A stretch of 64,000 bases of DNA from Basidiobolus meristosporus CBS 931.73 (GCA_002104905.1 MCFE01000081.1:62001-126000); one strand, 5' to 3'; shown: positions 41,445 through 54,583, numbered from the stretch's first letter. Numbers and translations are program-made. The notes: a model not told the origin generated them from the sequence alone.

Positions 41445-41732
41445 ACGCCTGTGTAATTTACATTATGTCCATTGGCCGATTTTCCTACATCAAATTAATC
41501 CACCGAGTGCATGAATAAGAGCAGTGTATTTTCAGTAATAAATCAGATCCATGAATACCGCGTAAATCTTCGCATATCTTATGTCCGGGAGATCACCCAA
41601 AATCCCAGCCAATCTACACTCCGGTGAGGGAAACCCGAATTTGGGAAAATTTTGAAGTTTTCTTAAACGTGCGGAAAATTTCTGGCCCCACTGTTTCTAC
41701 CTCAAGCGACTGGAGAGAAAAGCTGTTGGAAC

Positions 41733-43159
41733 ATGTTTGCCGTTAGAGGAGGAAAATCTTTATATTCCCTTGCTAGTGTACCACTCAGGGTAAGTAAACC
41801 TCGGGGTTGGCCGCTTGCACGGTGTATTAACTGGGCGGTTTTGCTTCTAGCCAACCGTGCTCGGACTACGTGGTTTGGCCACCGAGGCTGGCTTGAAATA
41901 CAATGCACCTAAGCTAGGTGTCAATCCTGCCTACGACGAGGCTATCAAGGTGCTTGAAGCCCACAAGACCGAGACCGTCGAAAAGGTCAAGGCAGTTGAG
42001 GCTCAGATCGAAAAAGCCAAGAAAGGTAAAGTGAAAGTCCGACCAGCCTCACCCCTTCTGCCCAGTTTCTGACTCTGTCCCTTCAGAGAGCCCCGAAGAC
42101 ACCGAGTCCCTTGAGTCCCTCGCCAAACAGAAATACGACCTGGAGGTGGAATCCCTTCGCTATGACCCCGAGACCCTGTGGAACTTCAAGCACGGACAGA
42201 GTAAACGGCCATTCCCTTGCGCGTTCGACTGATCCCCCGAACTCACCTATTCCACCCCTATTTTAGTCGACATGAAAGTTCCTGTTTATAGACATTTGAA
42301 GAGAATCCAGTTTAAGAAGGGCCCCTTGTCCACTTTGGTTCGTTGATTTGTTGTACCTAAGAAATCCCATCCTCCGCCCACTAACCCACCACATCAGATG
42401 GAACGTATCACCCAAATGAATGTCATTCCTGACCTGCTGGAAACCAGTACCAAGCCCTCGGTCAACATGGAGATCAAGTACACAGAAACCGGCGTCTTCG
42501 AGCCAGGGCTTGTATTGGAGTCGAAAAAGGTAACTCCTTGTTGACCCATTCACGCCCGAACGACAGTGGCTAACCCCGTATTTGATTCCAAGGTCTACGA
42601 AAAGCCCGAGATCACCGTGACCAACTTCCATGAAGATACCAAACTGTACACCCTGCTCATGGTCGACCCCGATGACCCAAACCAAGAGTTTGCTACCTAT
42701 CAGGAGAAATGCCACTGGTTGATGTAAGTGAGACTCCCGGTCGTACTCGTCTAGACTGCAATTAACGCCTCGATCCAATCAAGGACCAACATCCCCCTGA
42801 ACATGGTGGACAACGTAGTCAGCAAGGGAGATACCGTTCTGGAGTATCTACCCCCTCACCCAGCCAAGGGAACCAAGAAGCACCGCTTTACTTTCATGCT
42901 TCTTGAGCAACCGGAGAACGGCAGCGCCAAGGTCGACATCCAAACCCCCGAAAGCCGCATCATCGACTCTCGTGAGATCAGAAAAGCCTTTGGCCTCGAG
43001 CCACGCGGGGTCAGCTTCTTCCGTGCCGAGTGGGACGCCTCCGTCTCCAAGGTTTACAAAGAGCTCGGCATCGACGAGCCGGTCTACGGCAAGACTCCAC
43101 GCGAGAACCCATACATGCTTCCTGACGGCAGACAGAGCGGCAAATTCGATTACATGTAG
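41733..43159 (+). CDS. MRPL35: Mitochondrial large ribosomal subunit protein mL38 (YmL35), PEBP domain
   Basis: LGVNPAYDEAIK, KLYTLLMVDPDDPNQEFATYQEKCHW, YLPPHPAKGTKKHRFTF, PRGVSFFRAEWD. Confidence 0.9.
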
Positions 43160-44909
43160 ACGAAAGCATTCCCTTCTCAATCCACCACCATTCTTGGACC
43201 AATCATTTCACCATGTCAACTTCCATCACCATATATTACTGTTGCGTTTTTTCAACCAAGGAATCCCAATAAACCACCCCACACATTCTTGTAATCCAAC
43301 CCGCTTTGACCCCGCTTGCAAAATGTTGTCTGGTGTATAGTATTTTCATCATTTCAAAGTAGATAACCATCAACAATAAACTAATACTTGCCACAGGAGC
43401 CACTTATGTGAATAATACATTGGTTGCATATATTTAATACATATATCTAAGATACAGCCTACTATCAGCAATGCAACAGGAAGGGGACTGAGAGTTGGGC
43501 ACCTCATTATTGGAGTGGACTTGGAGTTCAGAGTGATTTGGGATTACCAGAAAAATGTACTATATTCAAAAATTGGTTTGCTGTAATATTTAGAGCATTG
43601 CTGAAAGTTTGTAGAAGTAATACTGCTAAGTGGGTTTAAGAAGTGTCCCAGAGAGCTATGTGAGAGCTGAGGATCATTGAGACAAGGGTGAGGTATCTGG
43701 TAATTTTGAAACTCAAGATCTCAAGTCAATTGTATGACTTCAAGCCTCAATAGTTAACCAGGTAAAGCTTGTGCAAATATCTTATGTACTTTGAGCAGGG
43801 ACTGAAGCTGTATTCAGCCAACTCAAATTTTTCCTTTGATCCTATCATTACCCGGTTGATGATACATGCATTCATGCTCAACTTTGGACAGTCCACTGCA
43901 CTAGCTTATAGATTGCAAGTATTACATCAGATTGTTTGCACACTACAATTTCTCATCTGGTCACCATCCTTCGATTGGTTTTGTGGTCCTTTGATCAGTC
44001 TATTTACAGAATTGATAGAAAAAATCTGAACTTGGCATCATGTCACAAAACACTACAACATTCATCTCTGCAAGATTCTATAGGACAGATCAATACTGCA
44101 TTCCTACAAGAACAATATTGTCACCAACTAACTTTCAAACCACATCACTTCCAGAATCAATGTTTTATGCCAAGCTAACTACTAAGCTTATTCAATATGA
44201 TGGGTAGCCATGCTATTATGAAATTGGAGCACCAAAGTCCTTACTTCAAGCACTTTGAATCTGGCTGGCATTGATCAAACTTTTTTCGATCACTTCTATT
44301 GCGTTATAGGATCATAATCATCTCATTCAAATGCAAGCATTGTTCATCAGGACAGCACTCGACTCACTTTCTTGCCTCACAATCCACTTAAGCAGGCTGA
44401 AATTGTCTAACACAATGATTGAGTCACAAGATACCAAAAATCCCCAACGCTGCGACGCCAACCTAGAAAGCTCAAAACATAAGCGAATTTATATTTATAC
44501 AGACTAGCCAAGAGATCAATGATTCATTAAAGGTTTATTGCGAGTGCAATCATGGATAATTCGCAATAGAATGTGCACACTTTGGGTATTTCCTTTTTCG
44601 GGAGTTTCAGAGTAATGTTGCTATGGTGATGCGATACCATAGCACTTACCACAGGTTTTGGATAAACTTGTTCAAAGCAGCAACGGTGTTGCTGAGTAAC
44701 CGAGCATCCTACATTACACGCCGCATCTCAACTGGTAGTGGCGATTATCTCTGAGCCACGATTCATGACAGGTTATATCCCTCAGCGCCCAACTTATTTT
44801 CAAACATGTCCCACACATTCTGTCGTACTGGTTCGAGCGGTAACTTGGTGATATTAAATGATATTTTCGAAGTCTGTTCCTCATAGACATAAGTGAAACG
44901 CCGACGTGA

Positions 44910-45810
44910 CAGCCTAGCTTGTTCTTTATCGAGCATCCAATTTACCAAGAAAGTTCAAGAAAGACAGGGTCTAGATTCATGGGTCTACGTTAGCACAAAT
45001 GGACTTCCATTTCGCCGAACCTGGAGGTCAACTTCAACGGAGATTTGCTTGAGTTGACTATATAAATGGACATTAGGGCTTGCTCGGGTGAGCGTGTCAT
45101 ACATGAGGGTGAATTATGCTGGCTACACGAACAGTCACATTGAGCGCTTTCACCTCCCTCTCACCCTCTGATCTCGAATCTAGATTTGGGTAAGATACAA
45201 TGTGACACATGTTAAATAAATGAAATTGGTGTGAATTTGGATTATTGATTGGGTGACGTTGATTGCTAAACAGTGAAAGGTGAGGGTTGGCTAACTCCTA
45301 TCCCCTCACCTCCCCCAGGCCCCTGATGAAGATCCCGGCAACAAATGGTTCTACCATTTCATATATCACTCATTTCATTCGAACATTCTCTCCCTCTCTC
45401 ACCCCTCGCCCCTCACTCCCCACTCCTCACCCCATCTCCGTTGCACTCACCCATCGAAATTGACACCATTAGCCACGATGCATCCCATATTCGGCACAGC
45501 TGATTGAAGTTGATGTTTGTTCCAAAATCACAATGCACGCACCCACCCACCTTAGCTCCTGGTCCAGAGCCTTCCACTCTTGGCTCGCCAGTGCTCCCAA
45601 TTCCCCGAACTCAAACACCTCGTGAGCGGCCAGACCGAGTAGGAGGCCACCCCCATCTATTCGGAGTGGAAAGATGATCTCTGTCAGTGAGTCCATGGAT
45701 GCCACTTCAATCTAGCATGAACTAGACACACGGAACTTCTTGTCCCGCATTCGCTCCTGCCAATTTTGATCAGTGTACTCCATTCACCATTGACTAGAAC
45801 CGCCACGAGT
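44910..45810. repeat. Left arm of ~0.9-kb inverted repeat
   Basis: Reverse complement of 49945-50830; 45421-45734 is identical to 50010-50323. Confidence 0.95.
45469..45705 (-). other. 78-codon ORF in the IR core (copy 1); coding status unknown
   Basis: Translation identical to 50039-50275; no recognised domain; the ORF track starts at GTG, with the first ATG 3 codons in. Confidence 0.3.
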
Positions 45811-47648
45811 TTGAAGGAATGATGGATATCGCTCGCTATGGCGGGGGATGTCGATTATTCCGGTAACAAATGATTAATGCCGCATCCTATGTTTTATTAA
45901 CCAATTTACATCCTCCACCCACGGGTATACGGCTTTCCACCACGCTGTCCCCAATACTATTGCCAAGTATGCTGGTCAACAATAATGGTAACAAATTGGG
46001 ACCTTTACCAGGTGAAAGAATCACGCTAATGGATTGATTAAAACATTCCAACGGCCATAGTCTAAGCGGCTACAGTTTGGGCATCTACATTTCATAATCG
46101 CACCCCTAGAAGGCTCGCCCATCTAACCCCCTATATGTCAGGACTTTGAATCCACAATGGGGAGGAGTTAGCGCACATCCTGAAACTCCACAACATTGGC
46201 ATTACCCAACATGAGACCGGTAATCGTGACCCACCAGAAATGAGATTGATTGTCCAGAGAGGTTCGAAACGGAGGGTGGCTGGCTGACCAGTGGATTCCA
46301 TTTCTCCCTTGTACGCTTGCTGACGATCGTGCTCGCATCAGGTGCATCGAGATGCCACCGGATCTGAATCCCACCAAGTCAGATCTTGTAACGGCGTTGA
46401 GGAGAACTCGAGGGATTTCAAAGATCCCAAGCTAAACTTTACAACAGCCGAGTAAAACATCGCGAATAGCTCGTAGGAGATCCGGCACTCCCAGTTGAAA
46501 TTAGGTAAATGGATTTCCCGTGAGTAATCCAAGAGCAGTAGGCTTCCTTCGACAAGTCTGCTTTTCATTGGCAGGGGATGTCATGCCCACTGGTGGTTTG
46601 TAGTCCCGAGTGTATTTGTTGCTTCCCTCAAGAAACCCATCCATTCTGGGGGTGACCGAGGTGTGAGATTCGCATCAACATTAGGTTCACTCGGTGTGTA
46701 CGTTAGCCTCACATCACGGTGGATCAAATCGTGGAACATGTATGGAAAATGAGGAAGGGGAGCGTTCATATGTTAAACACGTTCCAGATAAAAATACCTG
46801 GGCATGCACTTGCACATCTAGAGAATGCCAAAGCACAAATCGAACTGTTCACGTAGTTTGGGGATAAACCGACGTGCGCGATGTGGAATGCCTGGCACCC
46901 GTCTACATACCGGAATAGAATGAATGGCACCTCGTGCCGTAATCATCCTTTCATTAGCTCAATCCCAGCACTTGGCCAAGACGATCTAAACAAATGACTG
47001 ATGGGTGATTAGGATCGACCTGATCCGATTTCCATCTGCTCTCATCATCGTCAGAATTTCTAGAAAATCCACCAGTAACCCATTCAATTCTGAGGGAACG
47101 TGGCTGTTGAGCTCGTCATGAAGGGATCGATTCTAAACTGGGGCGGATGACGCATCGCTGAGTGACTTCAATGGGCATTCGGGATTATTACCCAGTTGTG
47201 GAAGGAAATGGTGGATTTACTCCGCCAATGGGGGTGGCTTGCATTTGTTTGATCCCTATTCACGAAATTCGTGGAAGAATGGTGGGCCATGTGCTTCAAG
47301 TGGTCGCCACACTCGATGCTGATTGGTGATCAGCGTTTCATGCGTGGTGGCAAAGCATGGCTGTTGGTGGACGAATCGAGCGTTCTGGTTGAAAATGCCC
47401 AAGTATCGAGTCATGGCTGGGTGTTATGGAGGGGTTTATTAATTTATCGGGGAGTAAGTAGAATACACAGCTCTTCATGGTTATCTCTAGGGCGAGAGCT
47501 TCATTTAATATTTAGGTTTTGCGATGGATTATTTACATTCTAAGAGTGGTGCAGTATACAACGACTATGTCAGCGACGGGGAAAATGCGAAGTGCGGCTA
47601 GACAGGATGTGAAACGAAGTGTGATAGGTACAATATTTGGGATTGGGT

Positions 47649-48059
47649 CTAGCAGGTCAGAAGGTGAGAGTCGTCCATGAACTGCTTGTAACTCTTGTCC
47701 AATAAACCCGCAAGACGGGCAAAATCGATTTTTTGTTCTTGGGTGAAGGACTCCAGAGATGATTGTGACACGAAAGTCTCCAACTCTTGGACCTCCTCCG
47801 AGGAAATGCAGTAACTACACAGACTGGACTTGTCCATGACCTCATGGTAGTTCTTGTCTAGAAGGCCGGACAGACGGGCGAAGTAGGTTTTGTCTTCGTC
47901 CGAATAATTATCCAGTGTGGTGCGTGAGATGAATGTCTCGAGCTCGCGAAGCGAGGCTTTCTGGTCACCTTTTGTGTGAGACCTTGGTTGGCCAGATTTG
48001 GTTCTGCCATTGCTCTTCGAATGGAAGAAGGAATCAAGGAACTTTTGAAAATTGGGCAT
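47649..48059 (-). CDS. Intact single-exon orphan protein (136 aa) with two ~52-aa internal repeats
   Basis: LRELETFISRTTLDNYSDEDKTYFARLSGLLDKNYHEVMDKSSL / VQELETFVSQSSLESFTQEQKIDFARLAGLLDKSYKQFMDDSHL; TATA box upstream. Confidence 0.75.
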   Translation of the reverse strand: MPNFQKFLDSFFHSKSNGRTKSGQPRSHTKGDQKASLRELETFISRTTLDNYSDEDKTYFARLSGLLDKNYHEVMDKSSLCSYCISSEEVQELETFVSQSSLESFTQEQKIDFARLAGLLDKSYKQFMDDSHLLTC

Positions 48060-48165
48060 CTTATATGAGGGTTGCGTATATAACAGGTGCAATGTCCGCG
48101 TGGAAATAGCGAGGGAAAAACGTGAAATTCAAATGATGAAGTAAGCTTTCAGCGATACGCCTCCC

Positions 48166-48173
48166 TTTATATA
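48166..48173 (-). promoter_or_regulatory. TATA box of the orphan gene
   Basis: TATATAAA ~110 bp upstream of the ATG at 48059. Confidence 0.55.
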
Positions 48174-49944
48174 GGATTTCGCTCCTCGAGGCCATTATTT
48201 AGAACGGTTAAATATTTAAATTTAGAAAACTTCTCTCTAGGATCAATCAGAGTGAGGGGAACATGATCAGGAAGCAGCTTCTAAGAAAGGATTGGCTATG
48301 CTACCATGACCAATACAAACTGATCATAATCCAGGCGAGTCAATACGAATGGCGTACAGCCTCTCATTGGCTTTCAAGGGATAAGAATAAATTCTCATCA
48401 ATTAACATATTAAGCTACTGATGAAATCATTCGATTGAAATATTAAGTGCATATATTCGTGGCGAATCCTTGTAATTCTCGCAGCATGGAAAATCATGCC
48501 GATTCTACTCTTACCTCAATAATTATATACCATGCTTATTCTGCCATGCTCCTGTCAAGATCAATCAGGCCAATTCTTAATCTTTTCACTGAATGACGAC
48601 CTCCATTTGTTTTTAAGTGTTGATTGGATGCAAGGAATCCAAAGCCACATGACTATTGGAGGATAGTCATTGGCCGCTGCGTACAATCAACGATTAATAT
48701 AGAAATATAATGACTAGCAGCGTTGAGACAGTATATGGTTCCAACAGCCCACAGCCCACAGCCTCAATTGCAACTGAAACTCGAAAGAAGCCATATGTAA
48801 TAGCCTCGTAATTACCTCCTGGTCAAGGATAGAATCAATTACTTCCAAGGTGTTGAATTTATGTTCCGTTCAATACGAAACAAATGATCCCCCATTGTTC
48901 TTTGAAACCACTTACTGTCCGGCAGCTTTGTGAGCATATGTTGGCCTTTTCAAACCATGCCAACCTTGTCATTCGATGGAGTAGATGTCTCTGCCTGGCT
49001 ACACATTAGGAAGTCTCTGATTGACAGGTATCCAGAACAGAAGTTCTCTCAGCAACTGTTAACAGGAATCACGACATTAGTGATTCTCACCAGAAATAGT
49101 ACAAGGACGTTACATGTCCATTGTGTTCAAATGGAGTGTACGTACATACTTGCGTTTGGAAGTCATGATGAGCCAGTTAATTCAAGAACTGATATGGTCA
49201 TCGTTCTGTACTTCCATGTACAGTTTAAAACATGTACACCTATACTCACTTTCCTGGATTATATTGGCCATGTTACACTTTTAATAGAGCAATCTGAAAA
49301 CAAATATGCATTATTGATGTGATCAAGATAGTTTTTCTCGACAAACTCCAGTAACTGAGAAGCCATGTGTACTTGGCTTCTGAACAGCCAAATAAAGATG
49401 TAGTGTGTGACAAGAATGGACACGATCCCATGATATTAAATGCGATGGACGCACCATGGCTCTTTCAGTCCAACAGTGTACCACTATTATGGTAACTTGG
49501 GGAAATAGCTTTTTAGTTTGGGATCAAATCACTGCCATATCCCCTTTCTCTGAGGCCAGTCTAAATTTGGCGAGTTTTTGGTGAAAATTCTCTGTGAATG
49601 TTCAGATTTGGTCCAAAGGTGACACAAATGGCTTTAAGCCACTTTGGCCTTATGACTACTTGTTTTAAAAATGGCAAGTGCGTTGCCTAGAAATATTACT
49701 TATTTCTCCTCGGTCTTTCTATTTTGGAGAATCCCTACATATCAAGGACAGGGGCCTTACATTGACATATATTGTTCGGAGAAATGGTGATGATGATGGG
49801 ACCCGTGTTGTTACCACGTTGTGTTAATTTCAACTTGACTGTACTAAGGTCCAATATTTGTATAGGTGAAAAACTGCCTATGCTCTACACCAAAGGATCA
49901 TCATTCTCCACTCCCTAATGAGTAACATCCGTTATTTCTTCAGA

Positions 49945-50830
49945 CTCGTGGCGATAGTGAATGGAGTGCACTGATCAAAATTAGGTGAAGCGGATGCGGG
50001 ACAAGAAACTCCGTGTGTCTAGTTCATGCTAGATTGAAGTGGCATCCATGGACTCACTGACAGAGATCATCTTTCCACTCCGAATAGATGGGGGTGGCCT
50101 CCTACTCGGTCTGGCCGCTCACGAGGTGTTTGAGTTCGGGGAATTGGGAGCACTGGCGAGCCAAGAGTGGAAGGCTCTGGACCAGGAGCTAAGGTGGGTG
50201 GGTGCGTGCATTGTGATTTTGGAACAAACATCAACTTCAATCAGCTGTGCCGAATATGGGATGCATCGTGGCTAATGGTGTCAATTTCGATGGGTGAGTG
50301 CAACGGAGATGGGGTGAGGAGTGAGGGGCGAGGGTGAGGAGGGAGAGAATGTTCGAATGAAATGAGTGATATATGAAATGGTAGAACCATTTGTTGCCGC
50401 GAGGGGGTGGGATGGGGGTTTGTCAACGCTCTCCTTTCACTGTAGCAATCAGCGTCACCTAATCTATGGTTCCCACCAAATCCCTGAAAATGTTATTAAA
50501 TCACCATAAATAGGCCGAAAAGCAGAGATTGCTCAATCATGAGAGAAAATATCAAGTGATGATTGGGTATGTATTTAACATGTGTTACATTGTATCTTAC
50601 CCAAATCTAGATTCGAGATCAGAGGGTGAGAGGGAGGTGAAAGCGCTCAATGTGACTGTTCGTGTAGCCAGCATAATTCACCCGAGCAAGTCTAACGGAG
50701 ATTTGCTGGAGTTGACCTTCAGGTTCGGCGAAATGGAAATCCATTTCTGCTGACATAGGCCCGTGAATCTAGACACTATCTTTCTTCAACTTTCTTGGTA
50801 AATTGGATACTTGATAAAGGACTAACCTGT
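49945..50830. repeat. Right arm of ~0.9-kb inverted repeat
   Basis: Reverse complement of 44910-45810. Confidence 0.95.
50039..50275 (+). other. 78-codon ORF in the IR core (copy 2); coding status unknown
   Basis: Identical to copy 1. Confidence 0.3.
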
Positions 50831-51479
50831 ACGTGTGTTACGATACTCACGGAGGCGTTACACTCCATAACGGCATGAGTCTAGGCCATCCGGAGATAGA
50901 GAAGTTGTTTTAGGTACATGAGCTAAAGGTGGTTTAAAACTTTAAATATCTGATTGAATTCAGATCATCTACGCCCACATAGTCAATTTCATTGTGGTTC
51001 GTTACTGTAAATTGCTCTCCAGAGTGCACTTCTAAAACCCGAATATTTGATCAAATTGAAATGAGCATTTAATGTCAGCCTCATACGCAGCGCATCAGTT
51101 TTGTTTCAAATATTGACCTCTGCTGGATGATGATATTAACAGTTGGTGGTCAATATGTGATGATGAGAGACAGTTGTAAGGAAAAGTGTGCGAGAAGGGT
51201 AGTAGTAGAAAATGAGCATTCTCTATACTCCAACCTAAATCAAAGTGACGAATATTCCTACCAAGTCCGTTCTAATTGGTGAATCTGCTGAATTAACAAG
51301 TGTGAATTACTCATTTGCAAATCCTAAATAATCCAAATCTGATGATGGGACGATTGATCTTGGATAGTGTTTGGAGGACTGAAGTAGATATATTCCCCAT
51401 CAGAAATTTAGGAATTGAATCATTTGACAGTATTCATAACTTTTTAATATGATTGCAGTCATGCATTTTGCATGGTTTA

Positions 51480-52620
51480 AAGCTTTTCAGAGTGCTAGTT
51501 ACCAGGCTTTAGGCTTTACCCAGGAATAGTGCATAGGACAGTCTACACAATGCATGTAGTATTATGATCAATTATCATCCCCATATATATGCCTTAAGAT
51601 TCTGTCTAGCATGCTGCTTACTTATGATTTATTTCACAAGATAATTGTCCCAAAGGTCCCAAGCTTTGTACTTAAAAGTCTTCCTAAAAGTATAAATATT
51701 GCATTTTAACTCAACAGAGCCATATATTGTACAAGTTTTGGAGGTATTGAAAGTGTTGGGAGGACTTATAGATTATGCTGTTTTCACTTGATGATTTGTT
51801 AAATGTAAAAGCTGTATTTATAGTTGTATATGGTCTTGGCAACACATACACATAAAATATATTGAAAGTTCTCAAGGGCATATGCGCAAAGTAAGGGGGC
51901 CTTTAGACAACTCTGAGAATTCTTATGCTCTGGATACCTGAATTTTTGGTATGATATTCCAAGTATATCTGTAGACTATGATCTAATAGGGAATATCTAG
52001 ATGTAGTTACGTAGATTTCAACACAAGTAAATGCAATGCAATTCTTCTAGTTTTACATATCACTTCTGATACTTCCCAAAACATTGCAACTCAGAAAAAA
52101 GCCTTGTAGTGAACTTGGAATCACTGTAATACTCTGGGGAGCACTGGAACTAATTTACACTACTGGAAGACATGATATTTGCATGGTCTATCTCTTGGCA
52201 GAGTATTCATATGCTTGGATCAGCTTGATAGAGATAATGATAGTAGTATTTTAAGGAAGCTATACAAAGTCTAAAGTCTTTCTGCTGTAGATTTCTTATC
52301 TATATCTAAATATTTATGTCAACTTTCTCTATGAGCTCAATTATTCCATGAGTTATCTGTTGGGATTTTCTTAGAATGTTGTCACCAAAGAGTCAGATAC
52401 ACAGAGCATGGTATTCTTTGAAATTGTCTAAGAGATGCCAAAATATGCACATGTATTTCTGAAAATTAACTAAACACATTTTACACAATTCTTACCAAAA
52501 CCTTGTTGAAGTATTACATTAAAAGTACAGCTTTTGCGTTCAGTAAGTTCTGAAGTGAAAATCAAATAATCCAATAGTTCTCTAAGTCATTTCCTATATA
52601 CTCAAAACTCACCACATTTG
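51480..52620. repeat. Cluster of degenerate ~349-bp-family LTR remnants in both orientations
   Basis: Motifs GATTATG..TTTTCACTTGATGATTT..AATGTAAAAG and its reverse complement; CpG-poor. Confidence 0.65.
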
Positions 52621-52694
52621 GACTGCGCCTGATAATTTCCGGAACTTCACTTGATTAATGACTTATGACTAAACCTGTCAGTAAAAGTCACAAT

Positions 52695-53020
52695 CCCTAT
52701 GAAAAATCCAAGTTAGAATTCATTGGATTTTTAGCTGGTATTCTGCTGATATTCTGATGATATTTTGCTGGTATTCAGCTGGTGCTTCTGCTTCAAATTT
52801 TTAGTTGCAATATTTGGTGGAAGTAATGATTGACTGATTATCAAATTTGGTATGAATGCTAGTTGGCCTAGTCTCCCCTGGAAAGGATGTCTGCTTGTCT
52901 ACTGTGAAGCTGGTACCTGAGACATTGAGAGTTGCCATTTTTGGGAAAGTTGAAATTCAGCTGATATTATGATGGTATTCTGCTGGCCTTTTCTTGATTT
53001 TTTTCTTGGGGAATTTAGCA
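52695..53020. mobile_element. CCCTA-family terminal fragment
   Basis: CCCTATGAAAAATC followed by CTGGTATT repeats; similar to 22510-22790. Confidence 0.7.
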
Positions 53021-54583
53021 ATTAGCCAAGTGGGTACATAAGAAATATAAGCAGTAGTGATGCAAAAGCAAACAGCTTCTATATGATGACAATTAGAAGA
53101 AAGTAATGGGATTTCTATTTGAAGTGATGTAGAATAAAAGAAAGTATATTCCTCTTATGTAGCAAAATATAGCAAGGTGCTTTCCAACAACAAGAGGAAA
53201 GTGAAAATAAATGCGAACCCATGAATTGGGTGCAATGCTGATATGGCCAGTTTGGTTGGAATTGATTATGATGTATAAACAATTGAAGTATCTTCATCGA
53301 ATGTTCTTTAGATTACCTGTACTTCGATGGATATGAAGCTTGGGACCCGTGTTACAGTTAAATAACATTAGAAGTCCGACGAATTATATCATGGAGATGG
53401 CCATAATTCCTGTTCTAAACTTCATCATTTGTTCACCTGCGCCTCTTTGCGAGGACTCCCCCATTGCACCTCACACCCTCTGGATTTCTCATGGACATGG
53501 TGTGTTGCATTTCAGGGGAGATTCACTGGGTAGCACATTGATAAACATTGCTCTCAAAGACCTTCAACAACACAAACTATCAAGCCCACATCACCGCCGA
53601 GTTTTATATCTACTCTCAATTCATCTCGTGGAATGAATGAAAAGTATGGGTTGACGCCACTCAGAATCAACGTGTTCTTGGTCATACATCGGAAGAGCTC
53701 GGAATGGAGTGAGCTTATTTATTGCTGGCTTCTATAGCCACTCAATCATCAAGTGTTGAACCATTTATTGCAGCACCATTGATTGAAAGCACATCTTCTA
53801 ATGATTGGGTCGCGAGACAATTGGGTTGATTCATCCCGTGCATATTGTTCCATAACGTACTGCCGTATCTTGGCTGAGTTGGTGGAGAGTATGCCCTTCC
53901 TCCAGCACTAAATGCCAAATGCGCTAAAGATCGGTGGTAGGAACATTTCGACTCGGATGGAAATTCTCCGGAATGGCACCTCGCAAGACGATCGTATGTT
54001 CCACGATTTTCAAGTGGATTGGAGAAATGGAGCAGTCAGGTAAGCTTGTAGCATTGCATTGGTGAATGGCCCTGTGGCAGGGGGTTGTTCCTCTATTTAC
54101 AAACAACACACTCGCAGCAATACCCAAAATTGGCCTGCATGATTACGTTTCCCAGCCCACCAATACAAGCTTATCTATAGTACCGAACGATCTGTAGTGA
54201 GAGGGGGGGACTACATAGCCAACTTGTAATATGTGTTTGTAAAAAGTCGACCTGCCTGCAGTGGGTTACACAAATCTAATTGATCCTTAATATCCACCTC
54301 AGGGATTTCCTTATTTGTCGTCGAAAGGTTAACCTCATTTGATAAGACAAATATTAAATCTTGCCATTTCGGTACCATTTCAATGCTATTTCAATGCTCT
54401 GCTGTGTTATATATATAAATCCTAGGCCTTGCTTCTCCTTTCTTTTCCTATTTCCTTCACCCATTCTCCTTTCGCCTATTTTTAGAGCCTATAAAGCGTG
54501 TGGCGTTGTCGGCTACTTCGCGTTACCCCACATTTCTTTTTGACTCCGGCAGAAGCTGCTGTTATACATTTACTTCACCCCTC

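Larger units (their letters stand above)
44660..46600 (-). pseudogene. Possible FunK1 (Pkinase_fungal)-like kinase pseudogene fragments
   Basis: GNPFT*F..PDLLRAIRDVLLG (46445-46520), MAVGMF*SIH*RDSFTW, and a C-terminal-like LEPVRQNVWDMF; catalytic HRD not cleanly recoverable. Confidence 0.35.

Noticed and set aside
43400-44300. CpG-poor island after MRPL35
   Set aside because: Probably an old TE remnant, but no motif or terminus could be assigned; noted only under the CpG finding
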